Origin: a virus
Lineage: Duplodnaviria; Caudoviricetes
DNA length: 64,000 nucleotides
Virus record (IMG/VR): IMGVR_UViG_3300047321_000298
Span: 128,001 to 192,000 of that record
Strand: one strand, 5' to 3'
A model generated the notes under the pieces. The model had not been told where the DNA came from. It worked only from the letters and a program-made list of their open reading frames with translations, and did no database searches. Numbering within the stretch: position 1 is the first letter of the stretch; each line of letters opens with the position of its first letter. Positions 17,130 through 26,754 of this stretch are shown here, in pieces. The position numbers and the translations under genes are program-made.

Positions 17130-17153
17130 CGGTCTGTGCACCATGTGTATAAT
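17126..17153 (+). promoter_or_regulatory. early promoter cassette copy 9 (divergent)
   Basis: TTGACG-gtctgtgcaccatgtg(16)-TATAAT. Confidence 0.8.
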
Positions 17154-17185
17154 GGGTTCCGTAGGTTAACCCCACGGAGCCCAAC

Positions 17186-17491
17186 ATGGCGAACTTGCTG
17201 TACGTAACCCTGCTTAGCAGCGAAAACACATACCTCACATACCCGTGTGAGGGTTTGCTTCAGATTCTGGAGTACGGCACCGATGGATCGATCATCGCTG
17301 CGGGCTTCCGGGTCAAGCGTGATATCTCAGAGTACAACGGGAAATTCAACTCGCTGTACAGCGCGCAGGTGCAAGTCAGCAAACCTACGTTCCAATATGA
17401 ACCGGGCAAGTCGTCGTTCCGCCACTGGAAGGCAGCTACCGAAGCAACCGGAATCAAGCCGGACTACTCCGACTCTCCGAACGCCTTCTGA
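17186..17491 (+). CDS. hypothetical early protein
   Basis: GGAG RBS. Confidence 0.7.
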   Translation: MANLLYVTLLSSENTYLTYPCEGLLQILEYGTDGSIIAAGFRVKRDISEYNGKFNSLYSAQVQVSKPTFQYEPGKSSFRHWKAATEATGIKPDYSDSPNAF

Positions 17492-17548
17492 ACAGAGGCA
17501 CAAAACTGGCTGTAATCGTGAATTCGGGTGTCTGAGACGAGGCTTAGA

Positions 17549-17764
17549 ATGAATGCAACGCAGATTATCGAAAAGGTGCAGAGTGGTTCGTACCGGCTCG
17601 TTCAGGCGGCAGGAACACCCGGATTCACGGTTGAGCGGCTACACAAGGGTCAGTGGTTAGTAGGCGTCCGGATCAGCACCAACGCGGGTCGGGCTGCGGC
17701 TTCGAAGCTGCAAGAGTCGAAGGGCGTCCACTACACCTTCTGGTACGGCAACAACGGAGCATAA
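17549..17764 (+). CDS. hypothetical protein
   Basis: GAGG RBS. Confidence 0.65.
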   Translation: MNATQIIEKVQSGSYRLVQAAGTPGFTVERLHKGQWLVGVRISTNAGRAAASKLQESKGVHYTFWYGNNGA

Positions 17765-18043
17765 ATGAACCTGGCACTTGTATTGAATCTCCGTCGAACG
17801 ATGGAAGTATCTCCGTCGAACGATGACGCGTACCAAACGATCCTGCGAATCCTTGATGAACAGATCGCGAGCACCGTAGCGAAGCTTGAGCCGCTCAACA
17901 CGTCCGAAATAGCGGTTTTGCTAACCGGCAACCTGGTTGCAGCCCTCAAGCTATATCGTGAACGCACGGGCGCATTACTGGCTGAAGGAAAGGTCATGTG
18001 CGACGATTACATTGCACGTGTGTCGCGCGGCTCGATTATCTAA
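17765..18043 (+). CDS. hypothetical protein
   Basis: Directly abuts upstream stop; GGAG RBS. Confidence 0.7.
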   Translation: MNLALVLNLRRTMEVSPSNDDAYQTILRILDEQIASTVAKLEPLNTSEIAVLLTGNLVAALKLYRERTGALLAEGKVMCDDYIARVSRGSII

Positions 18044-18050
18044 ATAGCTG

Positions 18051-18078
18051 TTGACGTTTTGTGCATAAAGCGTATACT
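18051..18078 (+). promoter_or_regulatory. early promoter cassette copy 10
   Basis: TTGACG-N16-TATACT; leader GCGAACCGGAG. Confidence 0.85.
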
Positions 18079-18117
18079 CGGTTCTGTGGTTGAAACGAAA
18101 GCGAACCGGAGAACGAA

Positions 18118-18531
18118 ATGCCTGCATTGTTCAAAGTCCTTGGTTACGACGATGGAGTTCACATCTGCGATTGCTGCGGAAAGGCTGACCTCAAGGGAAC
18201 CTTCGGCATCGAGATGATCGAGAGCGGCGAAATCCTCAACTACGGCAGTGTGTGCGTGACCCGCAACACCGGCCGTCCGATGAAGGAACTCAATGCGATG
18301 GCCAGGGCTTACGAAGCGGAACGGATCGCGGCGGCGGTTGCTGAGTACCGGGCGACTCCTGAGTATGCAGCGTCTGAAGCGAAGTTCAAGCAAGCACGTG
18401 AAATGCAAAAGGCTGATCGGCATTTTATCGGCGCGCAATTCAAGGCGTTCGTTCTTGCTGAGTCGGATGCGGCCAATGCGGTGCGGAAGTCGATAGCTCA
18501 AAAGCATAAGGTCGCTGTCTATCAAATCTGA
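18118..18531 (+). CDS. early protein with CxxC...GxxC Zn-binding-like N-terminus
   Basis: ICDCCG...GE....GSVC, same spacing pattern as in 6485 protein. Confidence 0.8.
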   Translation: MPALFKVLGYDDGVHICDCCGKADLKGTFGIEMIESGEILNYGSVCVTRNTGRPMKELNAMARAYEAERIAAAVAEYRATPEYAASEAKFKQAREMQKADRHFIGAQFKAFVLAESDAANAVRKSIAQKHKVAVYQI

Positions 18532-18569
18532 ATTTAGATCGGGGGTGAAGCCCCGATCACGGAGAGGAC

Positions 18570-18752
18570 ATGTATTACGTGGCATATGCCTGCGGGTTTC
18601 TCGCGATTCGCAACACGGACAAGGGGCTGAACAAGACAGTGCCCGTCGTTGACGTACGTGAAGCGAAACCGTTTACAAATTTCGCTGAGGCTGACGAGGA
18701 AGCGCGTGGGCGCATCCAAGGTCATTACGCAATCTTGAACACTGGAGCATAG
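18570..18752 (+). CDS. hypothetical protein
   Basis: GGAGAGG RBS after hairpin 18537-18558. Confidence 0.65.
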   Translation: MYYVAYACGFLAIRNTDKGLNKTVPVVDVREAKPFTNFAEADEEARGRIQGHYAILNTGA

Positions 18753-18755
18753 GCA

Positions 18756-19451
18756 ATGCCGCAAATCTACGAAGAGCCCATATCGACGCGCAGTGACGGA
18801 CCGCGCGACGAAATCAAGGTCACTCATCCGGCCTACGCCCAGATTTCTGCCTCTCACGTGACGGGCGGTGCTTATCTGTACGGCTCCGATTTCCAACACC
18901 AGCACTACGTGTGCATCAGAATCAGGCGCTCGGAATTGAACCGGCACTTGTCCAATGACTGGCAGTCCGGCCAAGAGGAACTGATCGAAGTCGCGCTGAG
19001 CGAATCGCAGTGGGCGTCATTCGTGTCTTCGATGAATCGCGGCATGGGCGTTCAGTGCACGCTCCAGCACATCAACCACAAGCAGGTGCCCCAAATTCCG
19101 GCACCCCGTTCCACTCTAAAGGACTTCAAGGCTGAAGGCTCTGAGGCGGCACGTGACGCGCTCAAGTTGGTCACGGAGGTCATGACAGACATTGAGTCCT
19201 CGAAGCTCTCACAGAAGCAGAAGGACGAGTTGATGCGGAAGCTCGACCGCATCAAGAGCAACACGCGGAGCAACCTGAAGTTCGTGCTCGAACAGTTTGG
19301 CGAGCATATGGAAGCGACCGTGAACAAGGCCAAAACCGAAATTTCGGCATACGCAAATCATCTGATCGTCGCATCTGGGCTGGCCAAGCTGGCGGGCATC
19401 AAGGGCACCAAGAAAATTCTTGGCTACGAAGAACGGAAGGATGACGAATGA
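18756..19451 (+). CDS. hypothetical protein (231 aa)
   Basis: Long ORF, typical codon usage. Confidence 0.8.
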   Translation: MPQIYEEPISTRSDGPRDEIKVTHPAYAQISASHVTGGAYLYGSDFQHQHYVCIRIRRSELNRHLSNDWQSGQEELIEVALSESQWASFVSSMNRGMGVQCTLQHINHKQVPQIPAPRSTLKDFKAEGSEAARDALKLVTEVMTDIESSKLSQKQKDELMRKLDRIKSNTRSNLKFVLEQFGEHMEATVNKAKTEISAYANHLIVASGLAKLAGIKGTKKILGYEERKDDE

Positions 19452-19714
19452 TCCTGACGGATACGCAGGCGCTCCATATTGTCGATATGTTGCAAAGCGC
19501 GAAACGCAGGTTGCCAGTGCTCCGCGAGTTCAATCTCATGTTCGCGGCCGATGAGGCGCTCGTGTCTTTCCATTACAACGAGAACCTCATACCGCGTCTT
19601 ACGGGATTTCCCATCGTGGTGTCAAGATTATTGACGGTACACAGAACTGGTACCGCCCATGACACTGAGGATTATTTCGATCTGCATGCGTTCAGAAGCG
19701 CTTATCGGCTATGA
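19448..19714 (+). CDS. hypothetical protein
   Basis: ATGA overlap. Confidence 0.65.
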   Translation: MILTDTQALHIVDMLQSAKRRLPVLREFNLMFAADEALVSFHYNENLIPRLTGFPIVVSRLLTVHRTGTAHDTEDYFDLHAFRSAYRL

Positions 19715-20046
19715 GAAAAGGTCAGTTCAAGTCAAGCGAAGACGCTATAGACGCGAAATGCCAGCACACGAGTCCTTGTTCTGACTGTCCGTGGACGCGC
19801 AAATCGCTCAACGGCTGGCTTGGTTCCCTGTCGGCTGACGAGTGGGTGCGGATCGCTCACTCGGACTCTGTGGTGGACTGCCATACGCTCCGTGGCGCAC
19901 AGTGTGCGGGTATCGCGGTCTACCGCAGGAACGTGGCAAAGATGGCGTATCCGCCGAATCTGAAGCTCGAAGCAGATCGCGTGAACGTGTTTGCAAATCC
20001 TATGCAGTTCGTTGAGCACCACTCCAAGGTGCCTGGAAGAAAATAA
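19711..20046 (+). CDS. Cys/His-rich putative metal-binding protein
   Basis: PCSDCPW...GWLG...CH....QCAG pattern. Confidence 0.75.
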   Translation: MRKGQFKSSEDAIDAKCQHTSPCSDCPWTRKSLNGWLGSLSADEWVRIAHSDSVVDCHTLRGAQCAGIAVYRRNVAKMAYPPNLKLEADRVNVFANPMQFVEHHSKVPGRK

Positions 20047-20047
20047 A

Positions 20048-20431
20048 ATGGCAAAGTTCAAAGAAGAAAAATCCTGGCTTAGCTTCCCCGGCAACTCGGA
20101 GGGTATTGACGACTCCAGATTTGCGGAGAATGGCGCTGGCATCACGCAGCGGGTGCACGATATCCAGGCTCGTGCGCGCCAGATCGACCAAGTTGCTAAT
20201 AACCTGATGGCGGTCGGTATGGAGCTTCCAGCGCGCCAGCTATTCGCGATGACTCAGGATATCAGGGACCTGTGCGAGCCGATTCCTAAGATCGTGCTGA
20301 AGGAACTGGATAGCAGTATTGCGCATGGCAAGCACATGATGGGCGGGCTGCTGGCCGTGGCCCTGAAGATGGGCGAGAAGGACGGCCAGATTCACGAACT
20401 CGAAACTAAGCTGCAGGACACCAGTCACTGA
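20048..20431 (+). CDS. hypothetical protein
   Basis: ATG 1 nt after the upstream stop. Confidence 0.7.
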   Translation: MAKFKEEKSWLSFPGNSEGIDDSRFAENGAGITQRVHDIQARARQIDQVANNLMAVGMELPARQLFAMTQDIRDLCEPIPKIVLKELDSSIAHGKHMMGGLLAVALKMGEKDGQIHELETKLQDTSH

Positions 20432-20433
20432 AA

Positions 20434-20868
20434 ATGGCGAAAATCAAATTATCCAAAGCGGTGCAGGACAAGCTCGAAGCGGAGCGGCTGGAACGCAACA
20501 AGGTTAGGCTCTTCGATTTGATTGTCCGCATCGAGCAGATGCATAAAGCTGAGGTGCGTGGAGTGGACCCGGTCAGCTTTGAGCATGGGGTGGAGGGGGG
20601 ATTTAAGCCGGGGTTCCGTGTCGCCCTCAGGTGCTACGAGGGTCCTAAGGATTTGTCCGGCTGCCATGATCGCAAAGTTCTTCGCATCGACGCGGAAGAT
20701 TGGGAATTCGAGGTTATGGACGAATACCTGAACCAGCTTCAGTGGCGCGATGATGAAGCGAAACGAAAGCAAGCTGAACGTGATGCCGAGCTTCGAAAGC
20801 TTTCTCCGAAGCAGCGCGAAGTCCTTGGGTTCGGCAATTGGCGCGACCCTCTGACAGTACAAGCTTAA
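20434..20868 (+). CDS. hypothetical protein
   Basis: 144-aa ORF in the gene string. Confidence 0.7.
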   Translation: MAKIKLSKAVQDKLEAERLERNKVRLFDLIVRIEQMHKAEVRGVDPVSFEHGVEGGFKPGFRVALRCYEGPKDLSGCHDRKVLRIDAEDWEFEVMDEYLNQLQWRDDEAKRKQAERDAELRKLSPKQREVLGFGNWRDPLTVQA

Positions 20869-20871
20869 CCC

Positions 20872-20919
20872 GGTTCCTCCTGATTGCATATTTCGAAATC
20901 ACAATCAGGGGACGGAACC
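20872..20919. repeat. imperfect inverted repeat with central palindrome
   Basis: GGTTCC..CCTGATTG / CAATCAGG..GGAACC around ATTTCGAAAT. Confidence 0.75.
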
Positions 20920-21011
20920 TCTATAACCTATGCTCGGTAAATATAGCCAGACTATATCTGTACATTTGCTATAATCGGCAGGTGCACAAATCGACAAGGA
21001 AGTGACAAAGC

Positions 21012-21758
21012 ATGAAGCGTATTACATGGAAGCCGGATCAGCGCCTACAGGTCGCAAAGCGTTCGCATCAACTGATCACCGATCCGCTATTTACCGGGTC
21101 CAGGCTCGAAGCCGTGCGTCAAGCGCAGGCCGAACTCCTTCCTCGCGAAGTGCACCGCGATCTGACTAACATACAGATGGTGAGTAAATGGATTGAACCT
21201 CTGTGGGCAGAGATGAACACCCACAAGTCAGGACCGGCTCCCGCAATTCAGCCCGTGGTCGATCATCGAGCCGAAGCCCATTATCAGGCGAAGCAGCTAG
21301 CACTATCTGAACTCTCCACACACGATCTGCTATCAGAGTACATGCGGCGCATTACCGATCTAACATCAGAGCGGCGCATCCGAACGATAGTCCAGGAACA
21401 AGTGCAACTTGAACTCGAACGCGCGATTCCCGGATGGAAGCCTACAAGCTACATCGAAGAACCTGAGGTAGCGGAGAAGGTCGCGGACAAACCTCACGTC
21501 CTGATTCTAGGTTTGATGGAAGACCAAAAGCAGATCATCGAAAATAAGTATCGCGGCAAACTCGATTTGCATTTCAGGGCTGGTTCCGAGGGTGCCAAGC
21601 ACGTTAAATCGATGACAGGTACGATGGACCTGACGATCAAAACGAAATGGTGCAAAGGCCACTTGGGTTCAACGAGCGGCTGGCCGAACTTCACATCCTC
21701 TTCAGGCGGGCTGTCAGACATTCAACGTCTGATCAACCAGCGTTTCAAAATTCAATGA
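21012..21758 (+). CDS. hypothetical protein (248 aa)
   Basis: AAGGA RBS; TATAAT at 20970 and GGTAAATA at 20936 upstream. Confidence 0.8.
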   Translation: MKRITWKPDQRLQVAKRSHQLITDPLFTGSRLEAVRQAQAELLPREVHRDLTNIQMVSKWIEPLWAEMNTHKSGPAPAIQPVVDHRAEAHYQAKQLALSELSTHDLLSEYMRRITDLTSERRIRTIVQEQVQLELERAIPGWKPTSYIEEPEVAEKVADKPHVLILGLMEDQKQIIENKYRGKLDLHFRAGSEGAKHVKSMTGTMDLTIKTKWCKGHLGSTSGWPNFTSSSGGLSDIQRLINQRFKIQ

Positions 21759-21811
21759 CCTATGTGCGTGCCGGTTAGTCGGCACCCAGTCAGACAAACA
21801 AGATTTGAAAA

Positions 21812-22522
21812 ATGAAAATACAAAGCAGGTTTCGTGACTACTACGATTATGTAGCTCACATCTATGGTGGCGGGGACCCGAAAAATACATATGTCCGTGA
21901 CATCATCGTTCCCGACAGAGTCACGCCTCTCGGTGAAAAGTTCGAAGAAACGGCGGAATTTCGTGAACCCGAATTCGAACTGTGGGTGCCTGGCGATTAC
22001 CAGTTGGCAGACGGATCGATGCAACAGTTCTTCGGTATCTCGATAGCCGGAAAAGTGTACATCGTGACCCGTGTCCACAACGTTGGTACCTGGTCATACA
22101 CGAACAACCGCTACGAGGGTGACCACACGGAACCGTGGAAGATCGCGACGTACGGCGATCTGAGTAAGCGACAAATCCGCGCCTATCGCCAATCCCTCCC
22201 GTCCGGCCGCGAACCTGATCACGTCATCCGTTGCGGCGTTCCGTCTCCCGAAGCGGGGGCGCTGTCCAAGCGACTGAAAGCGCCAGTTTTCAAGTTCGAT
22301 AATCACTACAGCACGCGTGTGTACGGACGCTGTCCGCTGCTATCGGAGTACGGAATTCCCCCAGTGCTCGAACCTGAGCAAGCGTACCAGGAGATTTCCA
22401 TGTTCCTGATGTCTGTAGTCAATGAATCACCAGACTCGATGCCACGTGCAGAGATGACCAACGTACAGAAGGTCGAGAGCCACGGGTTCGACAAACGCAT
22501 CAGCTTCCGACACAGGAAATAA
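21812..22522 (+). CDS. conserved jumbo-phage-type hypothetical protein
   Basis: MKIQSRFRDYYD N-terminus and KVESHGFDKRISFRHRK C-terminus. Confidence 0.8.
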   Translation: MKIQSRFRDYYDYVAHIYGGGDPKNTYVRDIIVPDRVTPLGEKFEETAEFREPEFELWVPGDYQLADGSMQQFFGISIAGKVYIVTRVHNVGTWSYTNNRYEGDHTEPWKIATYGDLSKRQIRAYRQSLPSGREPDHVIRCGVPSPEAGALSKRLKAPVFKFDNHYSTRVYGRCPLLSEYGIPPVLEPEQAYQEISMFLMSVVNESPDSMPRAEMTNVQKVESHGFDKRISFRHRK

Positions 22523-22524
22523 AT

Positions 22525-22839
22525 ATGAGTATGTACAACGGCTTTCTGTCCGGCGATGACCTACGGGAGATTCTTAAGGACGAGGTGTCGCTGGCTCTGT
22601 TTCGGATTGACGAGCAGATTCGCCAAAAGATCAGAGATTTTGGGTGGACCAACTCCATTAACGTCAACGCTGATATCCCTCCGCACGCGGCCGATGAGGT
22701 CCGGAAGATACTGCGAAACCGTGGATTTCACGTGATCGTCAGTCCGTCCGTGTTTCGTGTAGGACGTTGCACTCTCGATGTGCGTTGGATCGGTGCCGGT
22801 TGTCCATCGGATGGCGCTCCCAACAATGGAGGTCACTAA
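22525..22839 (+). CDS. hypothetical protein
   Basis: AGGA RBS. Confidence 0.65.
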   Translation: MSMYNGFLSGDDLREILKDEVSLALFRIDEQIRQKIRDFGWTNSINVNADIPPHAADEVRKILRNRGFHVIVSPSVFRVGRCTLDVRWIGAGCPSDGAPNNGGH

Positions 22840-23183
22840 TGTTAGTGCTCGTTGACAGGGTAGTTACCGAACTTGACACGCAGAACATTGCGACGTACGC
22901 GCTGTTGATGCGGCATCACTTCGACGCGGTGCTAGCGGCTTACTCCAATCACGGGCCTGTGCAAATCAAGTACGGGTCTCCGCAGGAAGCGCTGCGCACC
23001 GTTCAGATGCTCAACCGGCATTTGATATGTCTAAAAGGCTTCTATCGGGCAGGCGTGCGGGTTCATGCACGCGGCCCCTACGTCGTTGCCGTGTCTGCTT
23101 GTGCGCAGCTTGAAAGCGTCAGTCTGTACACGGTAGATAAAAACAGAAATTTCCGCATGCCCGCGTCAAAACAGATGCACTGA
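22839..23183 (+). CDS. hypothetical protein
   Basis: TAATG coupling, GGAGG RBS. Confidence 0.65.
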   Translation: MLVLVDRVVTELDTQNIATYALLMRHHFDAVLAAYSNHGPVQIKYGSPQEALRTVQMLNRHLICLKGFYRAGVRVHARGPYVVAVSACAQLESVSLYTVDKNRNFRMPASKQMH

Positions 23184-23226
23184 CAGTAAATAGGGAAGTA
23201 GGACAACCAGCAACGGACCTACTCCC
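23169..23226 (+). promoter_or_regulatory. bipartite AAACAG-N10-AGTAAATA motif plus leader hairpin
   Basis: Motif 23185-23192; hairpin GGG-A-AGTAGG/CCTACTCCC 23193-23226. Confidence 0.6.
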
Positions 23227-23229
23227 GAA

Positions 23230-23451
23230 ATGAAGATCATCAAAGAGGGCAGACTTCCTCAAGAAAAGGTCTACCGTACTTCGTGCGGCAATTGCGGCAC
23301 CGTCTTCGAGTTTAAAGAAGCAGAGGCAAAGTACACATGCGATCAGCGCGACGGTGACTTCTACACTCTACACTGCCCCCTGCGGGGCTGCGGGGCTGCG
23401 GTCGCGCTGTACACGAGTCGGCTCACCGCGTACGAGGTTGCGGCATCGTGA
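23230..23451 (+). CDS. small Zn-ribbon protein
   Basis: CGNCG...CPLRGCG. Confidence 0.75.
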   Translation: MKIIKEGRLPQEKVYRTSCGNCGTVFEFKEAEAKYTCDQRDGDFYTLHCPLRGCGAAVALYTSRLTAYEVAAS

Positions 23452-25361
23452 ACTTCAAGAAGATGACGCTGGCGGAGCGGCAGAAGCTCTACATCAAGGC
23501 TAAGCACGCCTACTACGAAAAGAAGACGCTGATCCTGACAGACGGCGAATTCGACAAGCTGGAAGACCTTCTGACGGCTGAGGTTCCCGACTGGGACGAA
23601 CTCCACAAGACCGGGGTGCGGACCGATGACGGACGGTCCGAAATCGAGCTTCCGCAATTCATGCCGTCGTTAGACAAGGCGTATCCGGAGCAGGTACCGA
23701 AATTCGTCAAGCGATTTGCTCATGATCGATTCACGGGCATGGACAAGCTCGATGGCACGTCTCTGTTCCTCCGGTACGTCAAGGGTATGCCTACGCTGCT
23801 GGTCACGCGTGGCGACGGCACCAAGGGCCGCGATATCTCGTTCCTGATCCCTTCTCTGGTGAAGCTGAAGCGCATCCCTGCCGAAATCGGAGAGGCGGGC
23901 GTTTTTGACGTGCGCATCGAAGCTGTGATGGCAAAGAAGATGTTCAGCCGAAACTGGTCGAAAAAGGTCAATCCGAAATACGGGGCAGACAACGCGCGTC
24001 AACTGGTGAATGGTGCGTTCCTTCGCAAGAAGGCGTCAACCGTCTTGGGCGACATCGATCTGGTCGTGCTGGGCGTCTACGGCATGACGATTGCCCACGG
24101 CTTGGAGCTTGCGGACGAACTTGGCTTCATGACGGTTGCCTGTTTCGATAACGTCCGAAGCTCAAATTTTGAAAAATTGCTCGAAGAACGCAAAGCCTCT
24201 AGTAAATACGAAATTGACGGGATGGTGTTCGCTGATCCGAGCGTGAGCCTGAGCTACGAAAACGCCCACAAGCCGAAGTGGATTTTCGCGTTCAAGATCA
24301 ACAACGACGCGGACGCGTACGAGGTTCGAATCCTGGACATCGAATACGCACGTACACGTCTGAATCGCTGGTCGGCCGTGTGCGTGGTCAATCCGACACA
24401 AATGGATGGGGTGGTGGTTGAGCGGGTGACCGCGCACAACGCGGGCTGGATGATGGAAAACGGCATTGGCCCGGGTGCGCGGATCAAGGTCCTGCGTTCG
24501 GGTGGCGTCATTCCGAAGATCGTCGGTGTAGTGGAGCGAGCACAGTTCAAGGAACCGCCCGGGGCTTATGAGCAGCGCGGACGTTTCCTGTATGCGCTCG
24601 ATGTCGATACGGCGCAGCAGATAAGGGCTTTGCACTTTTTCATGACGACTCTAGGAATTGAGTTGCTGGCTGAGAAGACGCTGGAGAAGTTGTACGAGGT
24701 CGGGTTCACCGAAGCACGCGTCTACCTGGCGTTGGCCGGTCATATCGGAAATCGTAGCGCTGTGTACCTGAAAGCAGGGCAACAGTTCACAAAGGCCGGT
24801 CTGGGCGAAAAGCAGGCAGAGAACATTTTTCAGGAGTTGAAGCGCGTGCTCGATTCGACAATCACGCTGAAAAAGCTGATGGTAGCTTCCGGTTGCTTTG
24901 ACGCGGGCATGGGTGAGCGCAAGCTCTCGCAACTCGAAGACGCGGGTATTTCCATGCGTGAGCTTGGGAACATGCGCTCGGATGAAATCGCAACGGTGAT
25001 CCCACAGATTAAGGGGTTCTCTCAAAAGACGACGTTGCTGATCCGTGACGGTGTGCGCTCGTTCCGTGCTTGGTACAAGCCGATTCACGGACTCTTAAAG
25101 ATCGACGGTGCGCTGCCCGCCAAGAAAGCAACAACCGGAAGACTGTCGGGCATGAAGTTTACGTGGACAGGGTACCGTGCGCCGGACGAGGAACAGACGA
25201 TTCTTGCGAACGGTGGCGCGATTGTTTCGTTCTCGGCTAAGACCTCTGTCCTCTTCTACAAGGAAGGCGGGAAAGCCTCAACGAAGGTTGCGAATGCTGG
25301 AGACCGCGCGATGACCTGGCAGCAGTTCGAACTGCAATACCTTGGACGGATGTGCGCATGA
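23448..25361 (+). CDS. ligA: NAD-dependent DNA ligase
   Basis: KLDG active site, TRGDG..GRDIS, EIDGMV, AFK, SGGVIPKI, HhH-like region and BRCT-like C-terminus. Confidence 0.95.
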   Translation: MNFKKMTLAERQKLYIKAKHAYYEKKTLILTDGEFDKLEDLLTAEVPDWDELHKTGVRTDDGRSEIELPQFMPSLDKAYPEQVPKFVKRFAHDRFTGMDKLDGTSLFLRYVKGMPTLLVTRGDGTKGRDISFLIPSLVKLKRIPAEIGEAGVFDVRIEAVMAKKMFSRNWSKKVNPKYGADNARQLVNGAFLRKKASTVLGDIDLVVLGVYGMTIAHGLELADELGFMTVACFDNVRSSNFEKLLEERKASSKYEIDGMVFADPSVSLSYENAHKPKWIFAFKINNDADAYEVRILDIEYARTRLNRWSAVCVVNPTQMDGVVVERVTAHNAGWMMENGIGPGARIKVLRSGGVIPKIVGVVERAQFKEPPGAYEQRGRFLYALDVDTAQQIRALHFFMTTLGIELLAEKTLEKLYEVGFTEARVYLALAGHIGNRSAVYLKAGQQFTKAGLGEKQAENIFQELKRVLDSTITLKKLMVASGCFDAGMGERKLSQLEDAGISMRELGNMRSDEIATVIPQIKGFSQKTTLLIRDGVRSFRAWYKPIHGLLKIDGALPAKKATTGRLSGMKFTWTGYRAPDEEQTILANGGAIVSFSAKTSVLFYKEGGKASTKVANAGDRAMTWQQFELQYLGRMCA

Positions 25362-25597
25362 ACAAGACCTTGCGCGCGCTGATTGTGCTCAGCTTCGGAG
25401 CTTTCTGGCTGCTCATTTCGTTGCAGATATTCGGCCCCGCACTTGACCGAATATTCGCGGCGCACAGCGATAGTTTTCTGATTCGATTCGCTGCGCTTCT
25501 TACGTACGCTATGTGCACCTCTGCAAGCTTGCATGCCTGTGACAATTTCGTCCTGGGTATCCACGCAGTGTGGCTCAAGCGGAGGAAGCGCAAATGA
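25358..25597 (+). CDS. small membrane protein
   Basis: ATGA overlap; two hydrophobic segments. Confidence 0.6.
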   Translation: MNKTLRALIVLSFGAFWLLISLQIFGPALDRIFAAHSDSFLIRFAALLTYAMCTSASLHACDNFVLGIHAVWLKRRKRK

Positions 25598-25935
25598 CGT
25601 TCACATTCGACAACCACGAGAAGCTGAAGAACGGATTCCCGGTCGAAGACTGTCCTTACTGCGGTGAGGAAGAGTGCGAGGCGGAATGGTGCGATGTAGG
25701 AGTCGGCTACGTACAGATGGGCCCGTATCATTGCACCTCGTGCGGGGCGTTCTCGATTGGTGCCTATGACCGAACGACGCCGACCGACGAAGAGCGTAAG
25801 TGCGGATGGTACCGGCCGGATCGCAGACCGCTGCCGGACACTGTCTCGACAATCGGCGGGCGCGTCATTGACTCCAGTACCGCGCTCGGACTGTACCGCA
25901 TGGGCGTAGTTAACAAGGTGCCTTTTCACATATGA
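25594..25935 (+). CDS. Cys-rich Zn-ribbon protein
   Basis: CPYCG...CEAEWCDVGVG...HCTSCGA. Confidence 0.75.
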   Translation: MTFTFDNHEKLKNGFPVEDCPYCGEEECEAEWCDVGVGYVQMGPYHCTSCGAFSIGAYDRTTPTDEERKCGWYRPDRRPLPDTVSTIGGRVIDSSTALGLYRMGVVNKVPFHI

Positions 25936-26141
25936 AAGTCGTACTCAAGAAGACTGGACCGCATTCATTCGAAGCGGACCCCGTGGATCGGTCGGGGTCG
26001 CCGCGCGTTGGGCGGGGCAGGACCCTGCTCGAAGCCTACGGCAATTTCCTGATCCAGTATCAAGATGAACTGGGCTTGAAACTGGTGGTTGACTCATCCG
26101 CCTGGGACGCAGAGAACCGACGTAGGAAGAAACGTCGATGA
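25932..26141 (+). CDS. hypothetical protein
   Basis: ATGA overlap. Confidence 0.65.
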   Translation: MKVVLKKTGPHSFEADPVDRSGSPRVGRGRTLLEAYGNFLIQYQDELGLKLVVDSSAWDAENRRRKKRR

Positions 26142-26362
26142 CAGGTATCGAATATCTCAGGTCGCTACACGGGGTCTGTTATTTTCAAACCCGGGAAAAG
26201 GGCACAGGTCTGGCTTCTAATTCAGAACTCGGAAGGTGGTTGAAGGATAAGGCGTTGCGAATTAATGGTCTGCCTGTTGGGCCGATGGATCAGATACCAA
26301 CGCCAATTAACTCGGTTGTTTTGTTTCCGAAGTCGCAGCAGCGTCGCACAACGATTCTTTAG
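26138..26362 (+). CDS. possible S4-like RNA-binding domain protein
   Basis: GLASNSELGRWLKDKALRING resembles the S4 consensus (LA.S.S.AR..I..G.V.VNG). Confidence 0.5.
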   Translation: MTGIEYLRSLHGVCYFQTREKGTGLASNSELGRWLKDKALRINGLPVGPMDQIPTPINSVVLFPKSQQRRTTIL

Positions 26363-26449
26363 ATATTCACCAGAAATAGCGCAAAGAGCACCATTTAATA
26401 TTTGTGAAACTGTTACACTGATCGTCAACTTTTTTAACTGGGTAAACAA

Positions 26450-26746
26450 ATGAATTCCGTAACTCGCACCGAAACCGCTGCTGTCACCGAAGCATCGCCG
26501 GTCAATCAACCCGCAGCAGAAATCTCGCTGGCTTACTTGCAACTCGCGTTCGAGCGCACCTACAAGGGCCCTGTTGGTCTCGCACCGAACGCACCGGAGG
26601 AACAACGCCACTTGCAATTCTCGAAGCGCAAGAACGGCACGTATCAAAGCGACCGACTCCAGAACATCTTCCAAGGGTTTTGCTTGGCTATGCAGTCGAT
26701 CAACGATTCGTCTATCGCGTTCTCCGATCTGAAGAACGGCAAGTGA
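26450..26746 (+). CDS. hypothetical protein
   Basis: 98-aa ORF; extended -10-like TGtTACACT at 26411-26419. Confidence 0.7.
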   Translation: MNSVTRTETAAVTEASPVNQPAAEISLAYLQLAFERTYKGPVGLAPNAPEEQRHLQFSKRKNGTYQSDRLQNIFQGFCLAMQSINDSSIAFSDLKNGK

Positions 26747-26754
26747 GGGTCTCG

